Shown here in pieces: positions 18,611 through 27,988 of a stretch of 64,000 nucleotides of DNA. The position numbers and the translations under genes were made by a program. The notes under the pieces were generated by a model, which was not told the DNA's origin, ran no database searches, and was given only the letters and a program-made list of their open reading frames with translations. Source of the stretch: an uncultured Gemmatimonadales bacterium (lineage in GTDB: Bacteria; Gemmatimonadota; Gemmatimonadetes; Longimicrobiales; Longimicrobiaceae); the NCBI GenBank assembly GCA_963716255.1, contig OY970303.1:2912001-2976000 (forward strand). The letters are read 5' to 3'. How positions within the stretch are numbered: the stretch's first letter is position 1; each line of letters starts with the position of its first letter.

Positions 18611-18832
18611 CTACCGCTCCTGCTGGAGGTGCGCCCACGCGGCGTCTTCCTCGTGCCGACTCCAGTCGGCGAGCGCGGGTTCAGCGAACAGCGGGGTGGA
18701 TTCCGGTTCGGCCTGCACCGCCGCTTCTTCGAGAACCGTCACCAGGGCGCGCCGGGCTCCGGGCAGCAACACCGGCTCCAGCAGCCGCACGCTCCCGTCG
18801 GCCTCGATCACCGCTTCGATCGCGCGCAGCAT
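18611..18832 (-). CDS. Small antitoxin-like protein (AF2212/DUF104-like N-terminus)
   Basis: GGAGGAG RBS; IEAVI…G.VRLLEPV.L and C-terminal DW…EEDAAW.HL. Confidence 0.65.
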   Translation of the reverse strand: MLRAIEAVIEADGSVRLLEPVLLPGARRALVTVLEEAAVQAEPESTPLFAEPALADWSRHEEDAAWAHLQQER

Positions 18833-18925
18833 ACGACTCCTCCTGGCTCCGGTGTGAATCCAAAGCTAAAATCCGGCCCCTGAGCAGCCAAGGCGGGTTC
18901 CGTCCCCGGAACGGGCGCCCGGGGC

Positions 18926-19639
18926 TCACCGCCCCGCGGGCCGCAGCGCGATCCCGTCCTCCCCCAGCACCAGCCGCGTGCGTATCTTTTGGACTTCGTC
19001 GGGGTTGCCGGTGGCGTTCACGTGCCGGGTGAACTCCACGGTGCGGGCGTCGATCCACGCCGCGTCGGAGGCGCCCCAGGCGTCGCCGCCGTCCAGCCCC
19101 CACTCCAGCCGGGGAAAGCCGCGGGCGAGGCTCCACACCTGGAGGCCATTGGGGTCGTAGCCGGCCTCCAGGTCCACCGACGTGGCGACGAAGCGGCTGC
19201 GGTCGGGCGCGACCACGGGCGGCCCGAGGACGCGCGTCTGCTCCGTGGTCACGGTGTCCACCAGGAGCCACCCGCCGCCCTCGTAGAAGTCCATCTGCAC
19301 CAGGTGCTGGGCGATCCCGGGGAGGAGCCCCCGGTAGCGGTAGCGGACGAAGTCGCCGCCCTCGCGCGTGTCGCTCGCCAGCGCCAGGCTGCCGCGGCCG
19401 GCGCCGCGGATGTGAAGCGTGTCCCCGGCGCGGCGCGCTCCTCCCGCGGACGCGGCGAGCAGCCCGCGCTCCACGCGCAGGGCGCACGCGTCGGCGTCCT
19501 CCGGCCGCGGGCGATCGGCGCACGCGGCGTACGGGTCCGGCGCGGCGGGGGACGCGGGCGCGGGGGCGGCGGACGGGCCGGCACCGGGAGTGCATGCCAC
19601 GGCGCAGGCGAGCAGCAGGGGCGGGGCGATGCGGTGCAT
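18926..19639 (-). CDS. Hypothetical lipoprotein
   Basis: Signal peptide with lipobox AVAC, Pro/Ala linker, globular domain. Confidence 0.7.
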   Translation of the reverse strand: MHRIAPPLLLACAVACTPGAGPSAAPAPASPAAPDPYAACADRPRPEDADACALRVERGLLAASAGGARRAGDTLHIRGAGRGSLALASDTREGGDFVRYRYRGLLPGIAQHLVQMDFYEGGGWLLVDTVTTEQTRVLGPPVVAPDRSRFVATSVDLEAGYDPNGLQVWSLARGFPRLEWGLDGGDAWGASDAAWIDARTVEFTRHVNATGNPDEVQKIRTRLVLGEDGIALRPAGR

Positions 19640-19746
19640 GGGCGCGGCGGGTGGGCGTGGACGGACGGGCCCCGTCCGCATCATCGGCCGGCGGTCCGCG
19701 CCGCGCAAGGACCCCACGGCCGGACGGACACGCGACGAGCGAGCAG

Positions 19747-20700
19747 ATGAGCGACAGGACACCGAAGGGAGCGGGGGGCGGCGCGCCGCGCCGCTGGGCA
19801 GAGCACGCCGTGACGGCGGACGAGGCGGGGCGCACCGTGGAGGAGATCCTCACCGGGCCCATGGGGATCTCGCGCAGGATGATCCAGCGGCTCACCCGCA
19901 GCCAGGGCGTACAGCTCAACCGCCGGGCGGCGTTCCTGGCGCGCAGGGTGAAGGCCGGCGACGTGGTGTCGGCGCGGGTGGCGCCGGAGGAGGAGGCCGG
20001 GCTCCCGGCGGTGCCCATGGAGCTGGCGGTGGTGCACGAGGACGCGGAGGTGCTGGTGCTGGACAAGCCGCCCTTCCTGCTGGTGCACCCCACCTCGCCG
20101 GAGCAGACACGCACGCTGGCGCACGGCGTGGCGCACCACTTCGCCGTGCAGGGTCTGCGCGCGAAGGTGAGGCCGGTGCACCGCATTGACCGGGACACCT
20201 CGGGGCTGGTGCTCTTCGCCAAGTCGGCGCTCGCCCACGCGCACCTGGACGCGCAGCTGCGCGAGCGGGAGATGGGCCGCGCCTACCTGGCGTTCGTGCG
20301 CGGCGCGGTCGCGGAGGACGAGGGGGTGGTGGACGCGCCCATCGGCCGCGACCGCACGCACCCCAACCTGCGCGCGGTGCGCCCCAACGGGGAATCCGCG
20401 CTCACCCGCTTCCGGGTGGCGGAGCGCTTCCCGGACGCCACGCTGCTGGAGCTGGAGCTGGAGACCGGCCGCACGCACCAGATCCGAGTGCACATGGCGC
20501 ACCTGGGGCACCCGGTGCTCGGCGACCGCCAGTACGGCGGCGCCGCCCGCGGCGACGCCATGAAGCGGCAGGCGCTGCACGCGGCCCGCCTCGCCTTCGC
20601 GCACCCGCGCACCGGCGAGCGCCTGAGCTTCGAGGCGCCGCTCCCGCCGGACCTGGCGGAGCTGCGCGAGCGATTGCGGACGGCAGGGAACAGGGGATGA
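19747..20700 (+). CDS. RluA/RluD-family 23S rRNA pseudouridine synthase
   Basis: DKPP.LLVHP, HRIDRDTSG, LETGRTHQIRVH, GD..YG, QALHA. Confidence 0.96.
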   Translation: MSDRTPKGAGGGAPRRWAEHAVTADEAGRTVEEILTGPMGISRRMIQRLTRSQGVQLNRRAAFLARRVKAGDVVSARVAPEEEAGLPAVPMELAVVHEDAEVLVLDKPPFLLVHPTSPEQTRTLAHGVAHHFAVQGLRAKVRPVHRIDRDTSGLVLFAKSALAHAHLDAQLREREMGRAYLAFVRGAVAEDEGVVDAPIGRDRTHPNLRAVRPNGESALTRFRVAERFPDATLLELELETGRTHQIRVHMAHLGHPVLGDRQYGGAARGDAMKRQALHAARLAFAHPRTGERLSFEAPLPPDLAELRERLRTAGNRG

Positions 20701-20859
20701 CGGCAGGGAACAGGGCTTACCGGTTCACGCCTAGCGTGAAGCGCCACAGCCGGCAACGACGACGGCGGCCCCCTCCCCCGGAACGGGGGATATCAGGGGG
20801 CAAGCCGTGCGGCTCTCAGGCCGCCGGGTGGGGGCACCCGCGGGCGCCAGCGCGATGCC

Positions 20860-20991
20860 CGCGTGAGGGATTTCGGCCCGGAGGGGCGAGACCCCGCGGG
20901 CAGTTTCGCGGGGGCTCGACTCCGTTGGCGAGCGTTGTTTGCTCGCCTACGGAGCCGAAGCCCGACCCCGGCGCCAGCCGGGGGCACGCCC
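20860..20991 (-). repeat. Structured repeat family A, copy 4 (stem GGCGAGC)
   Basis: Overlaps the PAP2 3' end and supplies its stop codon. Confidence 0.92.
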
Positions 20992-21633
20992 GAGCCCGTC
21001 CGTTCCCGGTCGTTCTCCGGCCCGGAGGTGCCACCGCCACAACCCTTCCCCCACGAGCAGCCCCACCACCGCGGACACCACGACGTCGCTGACGAAGTGC
21101 GCCCCGGCCGCCACGCGCGCCCAACCGCACCCCGCGGCGAGCGCGTACCACACCCAGCGCGCCCGCGGGAACAGGTGGGCCAGCACCGCGGCCGCGCCCC
21201 AGGCCACCAGGGCGTGGCTGCTGGGGAGGGCGAGCCCGCCGGTGGACAGGGGCCGCTCGGTCCAGGCGCGGAACACGTACTCGCCGGCGTGCGCGCGCGG
21301 ACGCTCGCGCCGGAACACCAGCTTCAGGAGCTCCGCCGCCAGCCCGCCCAGCCCCGCCCCCAGCAGCAGCAGCACCCCGCGGGCGAGCGCCGCCCGCGTT
21401 CCCCGCTCGGCGCGCTGCGGCCAGTCGTGCAGCACCAGCGCCAGGCCGGCCGTGGCCCACAGCGGCAGGAACCCCATCACCCGCAGCATCCGCCCCAGGT
21501 CGGAGCCGCCCAGCCCGGCGTCGGCCAGGTGCGCAAAGGCCCAGCGGTCCACCAGGTGCGCGAGGACGATGGCCGCGGCGGACGCCAGGGCGAAGCGCAG
21601 CAGGCGCGTGCGCGGGGAGGCGATGGTGGACAT
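20947..21633 (-). CDS. PAP2-family membrane phosphatase
   Basis: K-x6-RP, PSSH, RV..GAHF.SDV motifs. Confidence 0.92.
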   Translation of the reverse strand: MSTIASPRTRLLRFALASAAAIVLAHLVDRWAFAHLADAGLGGSDLGRMLRVMGFLPLWATAGLALVLHDWPQRAERGTRAALARGVLLLLGAGLGGLAAELLKLVFRRERPRAHAGEYVFRAWTERPLSTGGLALPSSHALVAWGAAAVLAHLFPRARWVWYALAAGCGWARVAAGAHFVSDVVVSAVVGLLVGEGLWRWHLRAGERPGTDGLGRAPGWRRGRASAP

Positions 21634-21747
21634 GGGAGCGCGGGAGGAGGGCGTGCCGGGCGACGGGGACCGGCGGACAAGCTACGCGCCCCGTCCCGCG
21701 CCCGGAAGGGCGGGACGGGGCGCGGGAAGCGGGCGCGCGGAAGGCGT

Positions 21748-22305
21748 CTACAGGATGCGCAGCGCGCCGATCACGGCGTTCAGCTCCAGGCCGCTGAAGT
21801 CGAAGCCGTCGTACGACTGGAAGATGCGGTAGCGGGCGCTGGCGCGCAGGTGCCGCGTCACGCCGACGCCGGCCTCCACGGCCGCCGCCGGGCCGAACTC
21901 GCGGCCGCGGGCCACGGTGCCCGAGTCGATCCGCATCCGGTAGTCGTAGTAGGCGACGCCACCCTCGGCCCGCACGAAGGGCACCGCCACCCCCGTGACC
22001 GGGAGCTGGTACTCGCCCACCAGCGTCAGCGGGATGATCAGGAAGCGGTCGCTCCCGGAGCGCGCGCCGGAGAGCTCCAGGTTGGGGAAGAGCGCGAAGC
22101 TCCCCGGGCTGGGCGCGACGGCCCGGGCGATCCCCACGATGGGGATGACGTCGCCGAAGCGGTCGCTGACGTCGGGGTCGGAGGGGAAGTACGCGCCCAG
22201 CCGCAGGCCGATGCGCAGCCCGCCGTCGGCCCCCTGCGCGCGGGCGGGGGCCGGAGCCGCCGCGAGCGCGGCCGCGGCCGCGAGCAACAGAAGTGCGCGC
22301 TTCAT
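21748..22305 (-). CDS. Small outer-membrane beta-barrel protein
   Basis: Signal peptide; alternating beta strands (IIPLTLVGEY, PFVRAEGGVAY). Confidence 0.75.
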   Translation of the reverse strand: MKRALLLLAAAAALAAAPAPARAQGADGGLRIGLRLGAYFPSDPDVSDRFGDVIPIVGIARAVAPSPGSFALFPNLELSGARSGSDRFLIIPLTLVGEYQLPVTGVAVPFVRAEGGVAYYDYRMRIDSGTVARGREFGPAAAVEAGVGVTRHLRASARYRIFQSYDGFDFSGLELNAVIGALRIL

Positions 22306-22411
22306 CACCCGTCCCTCCCTCCGGAGTTGCTCCTCCCACGCGGAAACGTCCGCGGCCGTCCCCAGCGGGAAACGTGCCATGGCCGGGGTGCGCGGAGGCG
22401 GGGGCGGAGGC

Positions 22412-22939
22412 CTACCGCCGCGGGAAGCGGACGGTGCGGTACACGTCCAGCTGGAGCGCCGCTGCACGGGCGTCGCGCGCCTCGCCGGACAGGTGAACGG
22501 CCCGCGGGCGGGTCCACTGCGCGCCGGTGAAGTGGCGCTCGCCCACGCGGTCGTCCCAAAGATCGGCGGAGGCCCCGCCGATGGACTCGGAGAAGCGGCG
22601 CATCTCGCCGGAGGCGCCGGGGCGGGGGTCGTCGGCGCGCACCTCCACGGTGACGACGCCGCGCCCGGGCGGACGGTACGCGCCGGTCCCCCAGGCCACC
22701 GTGGCGCCGTCGCCGCTCCACGAGGCGGCGTCGCTCCCGGCGGCGGACGAGGTCCCGGCCGGGCGCCAGCGCGACGGGACGCAGAAGGTGAAGCCCTCGG
22801 CGCGCACCAGCCGCCACGCGCCGTCGCGGCCGGCCGGCACGTCGGCGGCGGGGCACGGCGCGGGCGCGGGGGCCCGCGCGGCCGGCGCCGCGGCACACCC
22901 GGCCAGCAGCAGCACGGCCGCGAGCCCGAAGCGGTTCAT
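22412..22939 (-). CDS. Hypothetical lipoprotein
   Basis: MNRFGLAAVLLLAGC lipobox. Confidence 0.7.
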   Translation of the reverse strand: MNRFGLAAVLLLAGCAAAPAARAPAPAPCPAADVPAGRDGAWRLVRAEGFTFCVPSRWRPAGTSSAAGSDAASWSGDGATVAWGTGAYRPPGRGVVTVEVRADDPRPGASGEMRRFSESIGGASADLWDDRVGERHFTGAQWTRPRAVHLSGEARDARAAALQLDVYRTVRFPRR

Positions 22940-22998
22940 GGTTGGATCCGGGGAGTGGGGGGCCCGGCGGCGGGACGCCGCCGGGAACGGGAGGGGAG

Positions 22999-23196
22999 CT
23001 AGGCGGTCCCGGGGCCGTCGTCCGCGACGCCCAGCTGCTCCAGCACGTGGGCGAGCGCGGCTTCCTGCTTCTTGAGCGCCTCGCGGAACTCGTACGAGTC
23101 GGTTCCCGCCACCTCCACCCGCAGGTCCGAGAGGTAGGACCGCAGCGCGGTGGCCAGGTACTGCGCTTCTTCCGCGTCGATCGTGATCTGCGCCAT
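22999..23196 (-). CDS. Small hypothetical helical protein
   Basis: 65 aa, GGAG RBS, normal composition (YLSDLRVEVAGTDS..FREALK). Confidence 0.75.
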   Translation of the reverse strand: MAQITIDAEEAQYLATALRSYLSDLRVEVAGTDSYEFREALKKQEAALAHVLEQLGVADDGPGTA

Positions 23197-23241
23197 CTGG
23201 AGTCTCCGTTGGGAATGGTTCGTGGGGCGCCGGGCCCCGTC

Positions 23242-23631
23242 TCAGCCGCCGCCCGCGCCCGTGCCGGCGTCCGGGTCGCGGTGCACCGTGTCCGGCGAGA
23301 ACGCCGGCAGGCACACCGCGACGTATTCCGCCCCCTCCGGCTCGGGGGTGCCGTAGCGCACCCACTCGCCGGGCGAGGTCACCACCGCCTGCCCCGCCCG
23401 CCCCTCCAGCACGCCGCCCTCGTGCTCCACCCGCAGCATGCCGCGCAGCACCACCGTGACCTCCTCGAACTCCGGGCGCTGGCCGGGCTCCTGCCAGCCG
23501 CCCGGCGACTGCATGCGGGCGACGCTCACCGCGGCGTGGCCGCTGGCGACGCGGCCGGCGAACTCCTCGATGCGCTTGGGCTTGTTGCCGGCGGCCTCGA
23601 CGACGGAGGGCTGCGCGATAAGGCGTGGCAT
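23242..23631 (-). CDS. Cupin-domain protein (EutQ-like)
   Basis: EPGQRPEFEE.TVVLRG, GEWVRY.TP, CLPAFSPDTVHRD. Confidence 0.88.
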   Translation of the reverse strand: MPRLIAQPSVVEAAGNKPKRIEEFAGRVASGHAAVSVARMQSPGGWQEPGQRPEFEEVTVVLRGMLRVEHEGGVLEGRAGQAVVTSPGEWVRYGTPEPEGAEYVAVCLPAFSPDTVHRDPDAGTGAGGG

Positions 23632-23673
23632 GGCGACGGGCCGGTTCGGGGGTGGAAGGGGCTCCGGCGCGGG

Positions 23674-23967
23674 CTATTCAGCCACCAGATCGGCGTACTC
23701 CGGGTGCCGGCGCAGCCACACCTTTGCGTACGGGCAGAAGGCGACCACCTGCATCCCCGCCCCGCGGGCATGCTCCAGCGCGGCGCGCAGCAGCTCGCCG
23801 CCCAGCCCGCGCCCGCCCAGCGGCTCGGGCACCTCGGTGTGCATCAGGTACAGCCTGCCGTCCATCTCCGCGTAGGAGAGGTAGGCGGGCTCGCCCCCGG
23901 TGCGGATCTCGAAGCGCTCCTCCGCGGGGACGCGGACCACCTCCACGGCGTCGGGGCTCCCGGACAT
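23674..23967 (-). CDS. GNAT acetyltransferase (YjdJ-like)
   Basis: HTEVPEPLGGRGLG, FCPYAKVWLRRHPEY; GGAGGG RBS. Confidence 0.9.
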   Translation of the reverse strand: MSGSPDAVEVVRVPAEERFEIRTGGEPAYLSYAEMDGRLYLMHTEVPEPLGGRGLGGELLRAALEHARGAGMQVVAFCPYAKVWLRRHPEYADLVAE

Positions 23968-24044
23968 GGCTCCCTCCTGCGGGTGCGTGCTGCGGGAAAC
24001 GATCGCAAACTCCGCTCCCGGCGCCGCGCGCACAAGGGCGGTGG

Positions 24045-25397
24045 TCAGGGCGCGGGGGCGGCGGGGTAGCCGCTCTCCCGCAGGATCGCGGCCGGGTCGT
24101 CCAGCCGCAGCAGCGCGCGGAAGGCCTCCTGCTTGTCCGCGGCGCGGGCGTAGAATTCCTGGGCGATGCGGTACCCCACGAAGTACCCCAGGTCCGCGGG
24201 CCACGACTCGGTGGCGGTGCCGTTGTTGCCGATCCACCCGCGCCAGTCGGTCTGGTGCATCTCGGCGGCGAAGGTTTCCCACACCTCGCGCTCGTGGGCC
24301 GTGCCCCAGGTGCGGTAGAAGGGCGCCGTGCCGCGGGGCGCCACCAGGTCGGCCAGGAAGTCGGCGCCGCCCTCGCGCAGCGCCCCGGCCAGCAGGGTGC
24401 GGTCGCGCAGCGGCGCCTGCTGCACGTGCACCAGCTCGTGCGCCACGGTGTGGGGAAGGTCCTCCACCGGGCCCACGATGCGGCGCAGCCCCAGGTGCAG
24501 CTCGTCGGTGGGGGTCTCCGGCGTCACCCCGTACATCTCGGTGCCGATGAGCAGACCGCGTCCCGAGACGGTGCCGCCGGAGCTGAGCCGCCCCACCACC
24601 AGGTACACGTCGGGGAACACCGCCTCCGGGTACAGCGCCTCCAGCCGCGCGAAGGCGGCGCGGATCTCCGGCTCCATGCGCGCCGCCCGCAGGGTGCTCG
24701 CCCGCACGCCGTCGTAGAAGCGCGGGTGGCGCGCCACGAACGCGCCCAGCTGCTCGGGGTTGCCGATCTTGAGCCGGTAGTAGTCGAGCAGCCCCGGGGT
24801 CCCGCGCTCCAGGTACTCGCGCAGGAAGACCGCGGCGCGGGAGCGGTCGCTCTGGCGGCGCGCGGCCATGTCGTAGGCGCGCCAGAAGCGATCCACGTCG
24901 TCGGCCACCACGCGGGCGTTGGCGGGGTCGCCGCGCTCGGCCCGGTAGCGCGCCTCGTTGCCCCGGGCCCCGTCGAGCAACACGGCCCAGCGGGGGTCGC
25001 CGTGCAGGGCGCGCAGGTCGGGGTCGGCGGTCATGCGCCCCGCGCCGCGGAACCCCACCGCCACCGCGCGCCCCAGGTAGTCCAGGGCGGACGCCGCGTC
25101 CCCACCCAGGGCGTAGGCGCAGGCGGCGCTGTAGAAGGCGGCCTCGCGCCGCCAGTACCCGGGTGCCTCGGCGGCGCGGGCGAACAGCTCCGCGGCGCGC
25201 GCGTGCCTGCCCCCCTGGTACGCCCCCGCCCCGCGCGCGAACAGCGCGTCGGCGGCGGAAAGCGCCTCCAGCGACACCTGCGCCGTGGCGGGCGAGGGGT
25301 CGGGCGGGGGCGAGGGGGCGCAGCCGCCCAGCAGGAGGACCCCGGCGGCGAGTGCGGCCCGCCGCGCGGGCCCGGCGGATCTCCGGCGACGGAGCAT
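24045..25397 (-). CDS. Lipoprotein with TPR-like region and putative Zn-metalloprotease (DUF2268-like) domain
   Basis: LGGC lipobox; YSAACAYAL…DPDL repeat; HELVH…EG.ADF; DLGYFVGY.I. Confidence 0.8.
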   Translation of the reverse strand: MLRRRRSAGPARRAALAAGVLLLGGCAPSPPPDPSPATAQVSLEALSAADALFARGAGAYQGGRHARAAELFARAAEAPGYWRREAAFYSAACAYALGGDAASALDYLGRAVAVGFRGAGRMTADPDLRALHGDPRWAVLLDGARGNEARYRAERGDPANARVVADDVDRFWRAYDMAARRQSDRSRAAVFLREYLERGTPGLLDYYRLKIGNPEQLGAFVARHPRFYDGVRASTLRAARMEPEIRAAFARLEALYPEAVFPDVYLVVGRLSSGGTVSGRGLLIGTEMYGVTPETPTDELHLGLRRIVGPVEDLPHTVAHELVHVQQAPLRDRTLLAGALREGGADFLADLVAPRGTAPFYRTWGTAHEREVWETFAAEMHQTDWRGWIGNNGTATESWPADLGYFVGYRIAQEFYARAADKQEAFRALLRLDDPAAILRESGYPAAPAP

Positions 25398-25489
25398 GGC
25401 GAGCCTCCTCCGGCGGACGGGGGGGCGGAACGGGGTGACCGCCTCCGGGAAGGCGGCCCACGGAAAGGGAAGCAGACGCAAGCTCCGGG

Positions 25490-25960
25490 CTACGCGTCCG
25501 CCGCGGCGGGCTCCACGGCCAGGTGCCGCGCCAGGTAGGCGCGCACCGGGTCGGGGTGGCCCTCCGCCAGCACGGTGGCGACGTACGCTTCGCGCTCGAA
25601 CCAGAGCACCTGCAGGTCCCACACGCAGAACGATTCGCTCCCCTCCGCCGGCCGCCACGCCCTCTCCCCGCCGGCGGGGCGCACCCACACGCGCAGCGGC
25701 AGCTCGTTCTCGCGGTCCCACCACCCCAGCACCACGTACAGCATGCTCCGCCCGGCGTGCGCGACCACGAAGGCGGCGCCCGGGCGCCCGGCGGCGATGG
25801 CGGGGAGCGGCAGCGCCCCCGCGGCAAGCGCGATTCCCTCCTCGAAGGCCGCCAGCGCTGGCGGCGCGCCGTCGTGGGTGATGGAGTACAGCTTGAGCCG
25901 CCACCCCTCGCGGTGGCGCAGGCCGTGGAAGCGGACGGGTCGCGGGCGGAAGGGCTGCAT
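25490..25960 (-). CDS. Hypothetical protein
   Basis: Globular ORF (WRLKLYSI, WW…ENEL, CVWDL.V.WFER.AY). Confidence 0.75.
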   Translation of the reverse strand: MQPFRPRPVRFHGLRHREGWRLKLYSITHDGAPPALAAFEEGIALAAGALPLPAIAAGRPGAAFVVAHAGRSMLYVVLGWWDRENELPLRVWVRPAGGERAWRPAEGSESFCVWDLQVLWFEREAYVATVLAEGHPDPVRAYLARHLAVEPAAADA

Positions 25961-26133
25961 GGGACCGGGAGCGGGTGCGCGAGGGGGTCGCATTCACGAT
26001 GCGACGGCGCGGCGGGGACGGCAAGTGGGCGGCGGGGGAAGAACCCGCTTGCGCGCCGGCGCGCGGCGGCGATCTTGGAAGGGCGCGGCCCGCCCACCGG
26101 CACCCCCCCGTCCCTTCCCTCACCCCGCGGCAC

Positions 26134-27720
26134 ATGACCTGGGACTTCGTCGTCGTCGGCTCGGGGTTCGGCGGCAGCGTGAGCGCGCTGCGGCTGGCGG
26201 AAAAGGGCCACCGCGTTCTGGTGCTGGAAAAGGGGCGGCGCTTCCGCCCCGAGGACTTTCCGCGCAGCAACTGGAACCTGCGGCGCTGGCTGTGGATGCC
26301 GCGACTGGGCCTTCGCGGCCCCTTCCAGATGAAGTTCCTGCGCCACCTGACCGCGGTGTCGGGGGTGGGGGTGGGGGGCGGCTCGCTGGTGTACGCCAAC
26401 ACCCTCCCGGTCCCCGGCGCGGCCTTCTTCGAGGCGCCCGGGTGGCGCCACCTGGCCGACTGGCGGGCGGAGCTGGCCCCCGCCTACGCGCGCGCCCGCC
26501 GCATGCTGGGCGCCGCGCGCTACCCGCGCGCCACCTTCCCGGACGAGGTCATGGCCGCCGTGGCGCGCGACCTGGGCCGCGAGGACGGACTGCACCCGGT
26601 GGAGGTGGGGGTGTTCCTGGGGGAGCCGGGGACGACGGTGCCGGACCCGTACTTCGGGGGGGAGGGCCCGGCGCGGACGGGGTGCACCCACTGCGGCGGG
26701 TGCATGCTGGGGTGCCCGGTGGGGGCGAAGAACACGCTGGACCGCAACTACCTGTACCTGGCGGAGCGGCGCGGGGCGGAGGTGCGCCCGGAGCACGAGG
26801 TGGACTGGATCCGCCCGGTGGAGGGGGGCTACGAGGTGGAGGTGCTGGAGGGGCCGGTGCGCCCCTGGCGACGACGCCGCCGGGGCGTGGTCCGGGCGCG
26901 TGGCGTGGTGCTGGCGGGCGGGGTCCTGGGGACGGTTCCCCTCCTCCTCCGCCTGAAGGGGAGCCCGCGCGGCCTCCCCCGGCTCTCGGAGCGGCTGGGC
27001 GAATACGTGCGCACCAACTCGGAGGTGCTGATGGGGGTGGTGAGCGAGCGCCGCGACCGGGAGATGTCGGAGGGGGTGGCGATCACCTCCATCCTGCACA
27101 CCGACGACGGCTCCACGCTGGAGCCGGTGCGCTACCCCGCGGGCTCGGGCTTCTTCCGGGTTCTGATGGCGCCGCACGGGCCCGGCTCCACCGCCGCGGA
27201 GCGCATCCGCGGCGCCCTGCGCGCGGTGGCGCGCTCGCCCCGGCGCGCGCTGCGCGCCGCGATCAACCCGGACTTCGGGCGGCACTCGCTGATCCTGCTG
27301 TACATGCGCACGCTGGACAGCCACCTGTCGCTGCGCCCGGCGCGCTGGGGCCGCGGGGCGCGCAGCGTGCTGGCCCACGGCCCCGCCCCCACGGCGGCGA
27401 TCCCGGAGGCCACGGCGCTGGGCGAGCGGGTGGCCGCCCGCGCCGACGGCTTCCTGGCCAGCCTGGCCACGGAAACGCTCTTCGGCATCCCCACCACCGC
27501 GCACGTGCTGGGCGGCTGCGTGATGGGCGACTCGCCCGAGACCGGCGTGATCGACGCCGGACACCAGGTGTGGGGCTACCCCGGCCTGTACGTGGTGGAC
27601 GGCTCCGCGGTCTCCGCCAACCCGGGCGTGAACCCGTCGCTCACCATCTGCGCGCTGGCGGAACGCGCGATGGAGCGGGTCCCGGCGAAGGCGGAGGGGG
27701 CCCTCACCCGGCTCGCTTGA
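26134..27720 (+). CDS. GMC oxidoreductase, cholesterol-oxidase-like
   Basis: GSGFGGSV, GVGGGSLVYAN, C..CG.CM.GC, AKNTLD.NYL, TAHVLGG, GVNPSLTI. Confidence 0.93.
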   Translation: MTWDFVVVGSGFGGSVSALRLAEKGHRVLVLEKGRRFRPEDFPRSNWNLRRWLWMPRLGLRGPFQMKFLRHLTAVSGVGVGGGSLVYANTLPVPGAAFFEAPGWRHLADWRAELAPAYARARRMLGAARYPRATFPDEVMAAVARDLGREDGLHPVEVGVFLGEPGTTVPDPYFGGEGPARTGCTHCGGCMLGCPVGAKNTLDRNYLYLAERRGAEVRPEHEVDWIRPVEGGYEVEVLEGPVRPWRRRRRGVVRARGVVLAGGVLGTVPLLLRLKGSPRGLPRLSERLGEYVRTNSEVLMGVVSERRDREMSEGVAITSILHTDDGSTLEPVRYPAGSGFFRVLMAPHGPGSTAAERIRGALRAVARSPRRALRAAINPDFGRHSLILLYMRTLDSHLSLRPARWGRGARSVLAHGPAPTAAIPEATALGERVAARADGFLASLATETLFGIPTTAHVLGGCVMGDSPETGVIDAGHQVWGYPGLYVVDGSAVSANPGVNPSLTICALAERAMERVPAKAEGALTRLA

Positions 27721-27830
27721 GGCTCGCCACCCTCCCCCAATTCTGGGGGAGGGCTTCCTGACCTTCGAGTTTGTCGTGTCGTGCTCCCCCTCTCCCGCTT
27801 GCGGGGGAGGGGGCCGGGGGGAGGGGGCCT
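27701..27830. repeat. REP-like family C cluster
   Basis: Reverse complement of the 51640-51765 block; includes CCCTCTCCCGCTTGCGGGGGAGGG. Confidence 0.75.
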
Positions 27831-27835
27831 GCCGT

Positions 27836-27965
27836 CGCGTGAGGGATTTCGGCCCGAAGGGGCGAGACCCCGCGGCAGTTTGCGGGGGCTCGACTCCGTT
27901 ACGCAGCGTTGTTTGCTGCGTTACGGAGCCGAAGCCCGACCCCGGCGCCAGCCGGGGGCACGCCC
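27836..27965 (-). repeat. Structured repeat family A, copy 5 (stem ACGCAGC)
   Basis: Reverse-complement copy of the scaffold. Confidence 0.92.
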
Positions 27966-27988
27966 AACCCCGCAGTTCAACGAGCAGT

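Noticed and set aside
20679..20715. 17-bp direct repeat GACGGCAGGGAACAGGG at the RluA stop, and CCCTGTA heptamers near 11000, as an integration site
   Set aside because: Copies are adjacent with no cargo or integrase; they look like short tandem repeats.
23968..27564. 1296-aa minus-strand ORF
   Set aside because: Only the last 97 aa (GNAT, with its own RBS) look real; the rest overlaps other genuine genes in other frames or strands.
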